From Campylobacterales bacterium (lineage in GTDB: Bacteria > Campylobacterota > Campylobacteria > Campylobacterales > Campylobacteraceae), in assembly GCA_014859645.1 (NCBI GenBank), contig JACUTV010000001.1, positions 33,823-97,822 of the forward strand: a stretch of DNA of 64,000 bases, read 5' to 3'. Shown in pieces: positions 59,501-64,000 of the stretch; position 1 is the first letter of the stretch, and the number at the start of each line of letters is the position of its first letter. The position numbers and the translations under genes are program-made. The notes under the pieces were generated by a model. It did no database searches and was not told the origin of the DNA. It saw only the letters and a program-made list of their open reading frames with translations.

Positions 59501-60532
59501 TTACAGATAAGCCCTTGCGTAGGGTGCTGGAATCTTTGTCGGCTCTTTAAAGAGTTTCGCGGCTTCAATACCAAGATGAGGATTGCGTAAGAGTTCGCGT
59601 CCAAAGGCTACAAAGTCGCACGTTTCTCCTATCAAAAGAGCTTCAGCTTCAATAGGCGTGGAGATTTGCCCCACGGCAATCACAGGGATGCCCACTTTGT
59701 TTTTGATGGCTTTGGCTTCGCCGACTTGGTATAAAGGGACGAGGCGAGGGCGGTTGTCTGGCGCAGCTTGGTTGCCGCCAGAGGAAATGTGAAGGGCGTC
59801 GACACCTGCTTTTTCAAGTGCCTTGGCTAAGATAAGGGTGTCTTCACGTTGCCACCCTTCCTTCATCCATTCATGTGCTGAGAGGCGTACAATCACAGGC
59901 AAGGTGATGGCTTTTTTGATGGAAGTGACAACCTCTAGCAAGAAGCGGCAACGGTTTTCTAAATTTCCTCCATACTGGTCTTCGCGTTGGTTGCTCAAAG
60001 GAGAGAGAAATTCGCAAAGCAAATACCCGTGTGCGCCGTGGATTTCCACTACATCGTACCCTGCTTTTTGTGCGCGTAAGGCGCTTTGAACAAAAGCATC
60101 AGTCACAGTTGCAATCTCTTCAAGGCTCATGGCCTTGGGGGTTTTATAAGGTGCCGCGTCGCTAAAAGCTAAGGCACTGGGTGCAATGGGTGTTTCGTCG
60201 GCGCATTCGCACTTTCTGCCCGCATGGGCAAGCTGGACACCAATGGCAGCGCCAAAAAAGTGGCATGTGTCTGTGAGACTCTTATGGGAGGCAATGTGGG
60301 CGTCGTTCCATAAACCCAAATCTTTGTCGCTAATGCGTCCACGAGGTTCGACGCCTGTGGCTTCGACGATGATAAGACCCGTTTCACCAAGGGCTCTTGC
60401 GCCATAATGCAAGGTGTGAAACGGAGTGGCATGCCCCTCGTGCGTAGCGCTGTAGAGGCACATGGGTGGCATAACGATGCGATTTTTAAGAGAAAGTGAG
60501 CCGATGGAGGCGGGAGAAAGTAGTAAACTCAT
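59501..60532 (-). CDS. NADH:flavin oxidoreductase, Old Yellow Enzyme family (NamA-like)
   Basis: MSLLLSPASIGSLSLKNRIVMPPMC N-terminus; TIM-barrel FMN motifs; start set at ATG 60532 after AAGGAA. Confidence 0.85.
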   Translation of the reverse strand: MSLLLSPASIGSLSLKNRIVMPPMCLYSATHEGHATPFHTLHYGARALGETGLIIVEATGVEPRGRISDKDLGLWNDAHIASHKSLTDTCHFFGAAIGVQLAHAGRKCECADETPIAPSALAFSDAAPYKTPKAMSLEEIATVTDAFVQSALRAQKAGYDVVEIHGAHGYLLCEFLSPLSNQREDQYGGNLENRCRFLLEVVTSIKKAITLPVIVRLSAHEWMKEGWQREDTLILAKALEKAGVDALHISSGGNQAAPDNRPRLVPLYQVGEAKAIKNKVGIPVIAVGQISTPIEAEALLIGETCDFVAFGRELLRNPHLGIEAAKLFKEPTKIPAPYARAYL

Positions 60533-60600
60533 GGGGTTTCCTTTGGGTGAGGTTAGGGCATTGTACACCACGTCACTCTTTTTGTAAAGTCTTTTTTCTT

Positions 60601-60609
60601 TGCTATAAT
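60601..60609 (+). promoter_or_regulatory. Extended -10 element TGcTATAAT
   Basis: Upstream of ORF 60641; TTACATGTAA follows 12 nt downstream. Confidence 0.4.
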
Positions 60610-60621
60610 CGCCCCAACGCA

Positions 60622-60633
60622 TTACATGTAAGG
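60622..60633. repeat. Palindromic motif copy TTACATGTAAGG
   Basis: 12 nt after an extended -10 box; its AAGGA arm is the SD for ATG 60641. Confidence 0.85.
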
Positions 60634-60640
60634 ATAAGAA

Positions 60641-61249
60641 ATGAACGCAGACACAAAAGTGATGCACTACTTGTTAGAAATACTCGCCAAATGTGAAGAG
60701 AGCGAAACCAAAGCGTTGCACCAAGCAGTGCTTGAAGCCCTTGATAAAGAAGCGTTGTGCAGCAAAACACGCTTTACATGTAAGCAAATCAAAGCCCTTT
60801 TAAAAGCAGATGGGGCGGTGGAACTTACAGGAACTAACCAAGCTCTTTCCTTGTTAGCACGCTACCGCAATCAAGCACTTCCTGAGGAGTTAAAACTCAA
60901 GCGACAGCACTTGATTCACACCCTCTTGGGGGCAAATTTTCCCCAAAAACAACATTTTTTAAGTACTTCCCTTCAGGCTTTTGAGAGCGAGCTTTCGCCG
61001 GTGGAAGCGAAAATGTACGGGTTGATTCGCTTGTATCTTTCTTCTATTAGTGAAGCTATTGAATTGTTTGTTTTGTTTGACACGCGTAAAGAAGCCTCTT
61101 TTGAAGCGGCGAGTGGGTATGTGCTTGGGTTACACAAACACCTGAATGAAACGTTGTTTTACAAAGAAGAGCGTTTGTTAGTGGAAGAGGGGTTAGGAAA
61201 AATGAGTGTTATTCTTTTGGGTGTGTATTACCAGCACCTTTACATGTAA
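60641..61249 (+). CDS. Hypothetical helical protein
   Basis: 202 aa; extended -10 promoter and AAGGA SD upstream; stop codon embedded in a TTACATGTAA copy; no family recognised. Confidence 0.55.
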   Translation: MNADTKVMHYLLEILAKCEESETKALHQAVLEALDKEALCSKTRFTCKQIKALLKADGAVELTGTNQALSLLARYRNQALPEELKLKRQHLIHTLLGANFPQKQHFLSTSLQAFESELSPVEAKMYGLIRLYLSSISEAIELFVLFDTRKEASFEAASGYVLGLHKHLNETLFYKEERLLVEEGLGKMSVILLGVYYQHLYM

Positions 61250-61251
61250 GG
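61237..61251. repeat. Palindromic motif copy CCTTTACATGTAAGG
   Basis: Provides the YM-stop end of ORF 60641..61249 and abuts the convergent GGDEF gene stop. Confidence 0.9.
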
Positions 61252-63363
61252 CTAAAAAGTACAGATACGGTTTTTCCCTTTGCTTTTTGCGCAGTACAAT
61301 GCCTTGTCCGCGCGAATAAAGGCAGACTCAATCGTGTCACCTTCTTTGAATTGCGTGATGCCGTAGCTAGCGGTTTTGTGGCCAACGTGTTCAAATTCAG
61401 TGCGTTTGAGGGTGGCTTTGATTTTTTCCGCCAAGATTTCCGCACCGTTGGCGTCGGTTTCTTTGCAAATGAGTAAAAACTCTTCTCCTCCCCATCTACC
61501 AAAAATATCTGTGGTGCGTTTTTCTTGGGTGATAATCTGTGTAAATCTCACCAACACAGCGTCGCCAACCTTGTGCCCGAAAGTGTCGTTTACTTTTTTA
61601 AAATTGTCAATATCAATAATGATGAGGGATAAATCACGCTTGTAGCGAAGAAAATAGTTGTATTCTTGAGAAAGCAATTCGTCTAGTTTCATACGGTTGT
61701 AGATGCCTGTGAGAACGTCTGTTGCGGAGAGAAGGACGAGTTGATGGTTGTGGCGACTGAGTTCTCGTTGTCGAAAAAGCAAGTAAAGCACAAATAAAGC
61801 AAACGCGCCTAGGACTTTTAGTAAAAACCCATAGTCCACCCCGCGCTCGTAGCGCACTGAAATCCATTTATTGAGGATTTCTTGATGCACGTCAACATCA
61901 ATGGATGCAACGGCTTTTTCAAGAATGGTAAACAAATGCGGGTCGTCGTTGCGTACACCAAGACCAAGCTCCCAAGATTCATCAAACTTGCCAGCAATTT
62001 TGAGTTGGGTGGCAAATTCTTTTTGGATAATACTTCCTAAAATAGGCAAGGAATCCACAAAACCAAAAAGTTCTTTTTTATGCACTTTGCTAAGTCCTTC
62101 GTGAACGTCTTTTACTTCTACAAAGTGCATTTTTGGGTACTTTACCCGTAAAATTTCCCCATGAGAATACCCCTTAACGATGCCAATAGGACGATTGTAG
62201 ATAGTGGAAACATCAGAAAAAAAGATTTCCTCTGGGCGCGTGACAAGCACCAGAGGAATGGTTAAATAAGGTTTTGTAAAGCGTAGGTAAAGTCGACGTT
62301 CGGGCGTGGGCATTGCTAGTGAAACCATATCGCACTGGCGCGTTTTTACTTTTTCGAGAGATTCTGCCCAAGAGCGTGTTGGAATCATGTGGATAGGAAC
62401 ACCGAGAATTTCTTCAATCAAATGCATATAATCGCTCGACATGCCCACGTGTTTACCTTCTTGGCTCCCTTCAAGAGGCATTGCGTTTGGATCAATGCAC
62501 AGGCGGATAGTGCCTAGTTTTTCCAAATGGTGTTTTTCATCGAAGGTGAGGTCTAGTGTGGCAAGACGATCGCTTTGAATGGCGTGAAACCACTTGCTTC
62601 GCAAGGCATACAATTCTTCTTCCTTGATGGTGCGTATCGTTTTGTTGAGGATGCGTTGCAAAGGTGAGGCCTCTGGATTTAATGCGAGATGCAATGTGTC
62701 GTTTAGGTGAGGTTCGCGCAGACGTACTACGTTAAGATTGGCGAGCATATAGCGGTTCATGATATAGCATGCTACTATAAAATCCTCAATGGCTCCATCT
62801 GCCAAGCCAAAGGCAACGGCTTCAAGTGCTTCTTTAGGAGAGTCAAAAATCAGAAAATTGCTTTCAGGGTAGCGTTTTTGAATCACTTCGGTTTTGCCAT
62901 ACTCTTGGGAAAGGGCAAGGTTTTTTCCTGCAAGGGATTGGAGAGAAAGAGGCGCGTTGGTGCGCGTTATTAATGCATATTGTATGTTTAAAATAGCATC
63001 ACTTAAAAGTGCGCTCTCTTCTTCTAGAAAAGAAGAGAGCGTGGGTGCTAAGATGTCAAGATGTCCCTCGTGAAACAAATGGGCGAGTGATTGAGAGGTG
63101 TTGCTGACAAATTGAATGTCAAGTTCAAGCCTAGAAGCAAGAAGGCGCAAGAAATCAACCACATAACCTTGAGGTTGGTAGCTTCCATAAAAACTATACG
63201 GATATTGCTGTGTATCGTTTGAAACCCTTAAAATAGGGTACTTTGAAATATACTCGCGCTCTTCTTGTGTTAGAAAATCTGCTCTAGCATGAATGCTAAG
63301 AGGAAGAGAAAAATAACAAAATAAAAAGAGTATGAAAAGTAATGGTTTCAATGGTTTGTCCAA
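61252..63363 (-). CDS. Diguanylate cyclase with tandem periplasmic solute-binding domains
   Basis: 703 aa; signal/TM, two SBP type-3-like domains, TM helix, GGDEF domain with active GGEEF and an RxxD I-site (RTTD). Confidence 0.85.
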   Translation of the reverse strand: MDKPLKPLLFILFLFCYFSLPLSIHARADFLTQEEREYISKYPILRVSNDTQQYPYSFYGSYQPQGYVVDFLRLLASRLELDIQFVSNTSQSLAHLFHEGHLDILAPTLSSFLEEESALLSDAILNIQYALITRTNAPLSLQSLAGKNLALSQEYGKTEVIQKRYPESNFLIFDSPKEALEAVAFGLADGAIEDFIVACYIMNRYMLANLNVVRLREPHLNDTLHLALNPEASPLQRILNKTIRTIKEEELYALRSKWFHAIQSDRLATLDLTFDEKHHLEKLGTIRLCIDPNAMPLEGSQEGKHVGMSSDYMHLIEEILGVPIHMIPTRSWAESLEKVKTRQCDMVSLAMPTPERRLYLRFTKPYLTIPLVLVTRPEEIFFSDVSTIYNRPIGIVKGYSHGEILRVKYPKMHFVEVKDVHEGLSKVHKKELFGFVDSLPILGSIIQKEFATQLKIAGKFDESWELGLGVRNDDPHLFTILEKAVASIDVDVHQEILNKWISVRYERGVDYGFLLKVLGAFALFVLYLLFRQRELSRHNHQLVLLSATDVLTGIYNRMKLDELLSQEYNYFLRYKRDLSLIIIDIDNFKKVNDTFGHKVGDAVLVRFTQIITQEKRTTDIFGRWGGEEFLLICKETDANGAEILAEKIKATLKRTEFEHVGHKTASYGITQFKEGDTIESAFIRADKALYCAKSKGKNRICTF

Positions 63364-63435
63364 GCGTACGGTGGATGGTAATCTTTACTATAACATAGTA
63401 CGCTTAACGCTGATTAAAAGATGTGCAAAAATGGT

Positions 63436-63445
63436 TTACATGTAA
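63436..63445. repeat. Palindromic motif copy TTACATGTAA
   Basis: Exact core between the yggS terminator and the GGDEF gene start. Confidence 0.85.
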
Positions 63446-63448
63446 TCT

Positions 63449-63481
63449 TAAAAGAAAGGAGTGAGAAGGGTTTTCTCACTC
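63449..63481 (-). terminator. Rho-independent terminator of yggS
   Basis: 9-bp stem GAGTGAGAA/TTCTCACTC with a 5-nt loop, followed on the minus strand by CUUUCUUUU; an A-tract on the other side makes it potentially bidirectional. Confidence 0.6.
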
Positions 63482-63497
63482 AAAAAAAAGAGGGGTA

Positions 63498-64000
63498 TTA
63501 GCTAAATAAAACGCCTCCAAGACGAAGCATATTGGAACCACAACGTACGGCGAGTTCAAAATCGTTGCTCATACCCATGGAACAAACTTTTGCTCCGTGT
63601 TTGTGTAAAGACTCATAAAGACGATAGGTAGTTTCAAAACTGTCTTGGATAATAGTCGTATCCTCGGTATGGGCTCCGATACTCATGAGCCCACGAAGCT
63701 GAAGATTGGGGCAGGTTTCTTGGATGGCTAGATAGGTCTCCACAGCCATTTCTGGCAAAACACCCGCCTTGGACTCTTCTTTGGCACTGTTGACTTGCAA
63801 TAAAACAGGAAGAGTTTTTTCCTTTACATGTAAGCGTTTATCTAACTCCATCGCCAAGGCCAAAGAGTCGCACGAATGCACAAGGAAGGGGTTAAGGTCA
63901 ATAAGCTGATTAATCTTATTTTTTTGCAACCTCCCGATAAAATGCCACTCAATGGGTAAGGTGGACAATGCCACGTTTTTGCGTGAAAGTTCTTGCACCT
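63498..64000 (-). CDS. yggS: YggS-family pyridoxal-phosphate homeostasis protein (partial; N-terminus beyond the window)
   Basis: GRLQKNK, MSIGAH and GMSNDFELAV motifs; the ORF runs off the window end. Confidence 0.85.
   Translation of the reverse strand, partial: VQELSRKNVALSTLPIEWHFIGRLQKNKINQLIDLNPFLVHSCDSLALAMELDKRLHVKEKTLPVLLQVNSAKEESKAGVLPEMAVETYLAIQETCPNLQLRGLMSIGAHTEDTTIIQDSFETTYRLYESLHKHGAKVCSMGMSNDFELAVRCGSNMLRLGGVLFS

Overview
This is a chromosomal core region of a Campylobacterota (epsilonproteobacterial) genome. Gene content and Campylobacter/Helicobacter-like synteny suggest a Sulfurospirillum-like organism; the genus is inference. I call about 61 protein-coding genes, densely packed. 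Main blocks, in order: secA-lolC; c-di-GMP enzymes; htrA-cprRS divergent from cbpA-hspR-kefB; a sulfur amino-acid operon (metY, Rrf2 regulator, cysK); ispB-hemA-proS-fxsA-hemC-ubiD. Next comes a large hydrogenase island, holding a TetR gene coupled to a cytoplasmic group-2-like [NiFe] hydrogenase, then the Tat-exported uptake hydrogenase hydABCDE, then hypF, nikR and hypBCDEA. The window ends with the icd-mdh-sucCD-oorDABC TCA block and a periplasmic-sensor GGDEF gene. I found no rRNA, tRNA, CRISPR array, prophage or recognisable defence island. The strongest unexplained signal is at DNA level: a 10-bp palindrome TTACATGTAA (extended consensus CC(T)TTACATGTAA(A)GG). By hand count it occurs 27 times exactly and about 43 times as the 8-bp core. 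Copies lie inside genes on both strands, in promoter leaders overlapping Shine-Dalgarno sites, and directly against stop codons. That is roughly two orders of magnitude above a simple composition expectation. It resembles DNA uptake sequences or cyanobacterial HIP1 rather than a mobile element. Secondary observations: hydE is a full-length degenerate hypF paralog, in frame with hypF across a single TAG. hypF probably starts at CTG. The cytoplasmic hydrogenase has sensor-like features and an altered proximal-cluster motif, and is translationally coupled to the TetR gene. An IS1595-like transposase-domain gene sits inside the hyp cluster. All calls come from reading the sequence and ORF translations; no searches were run.
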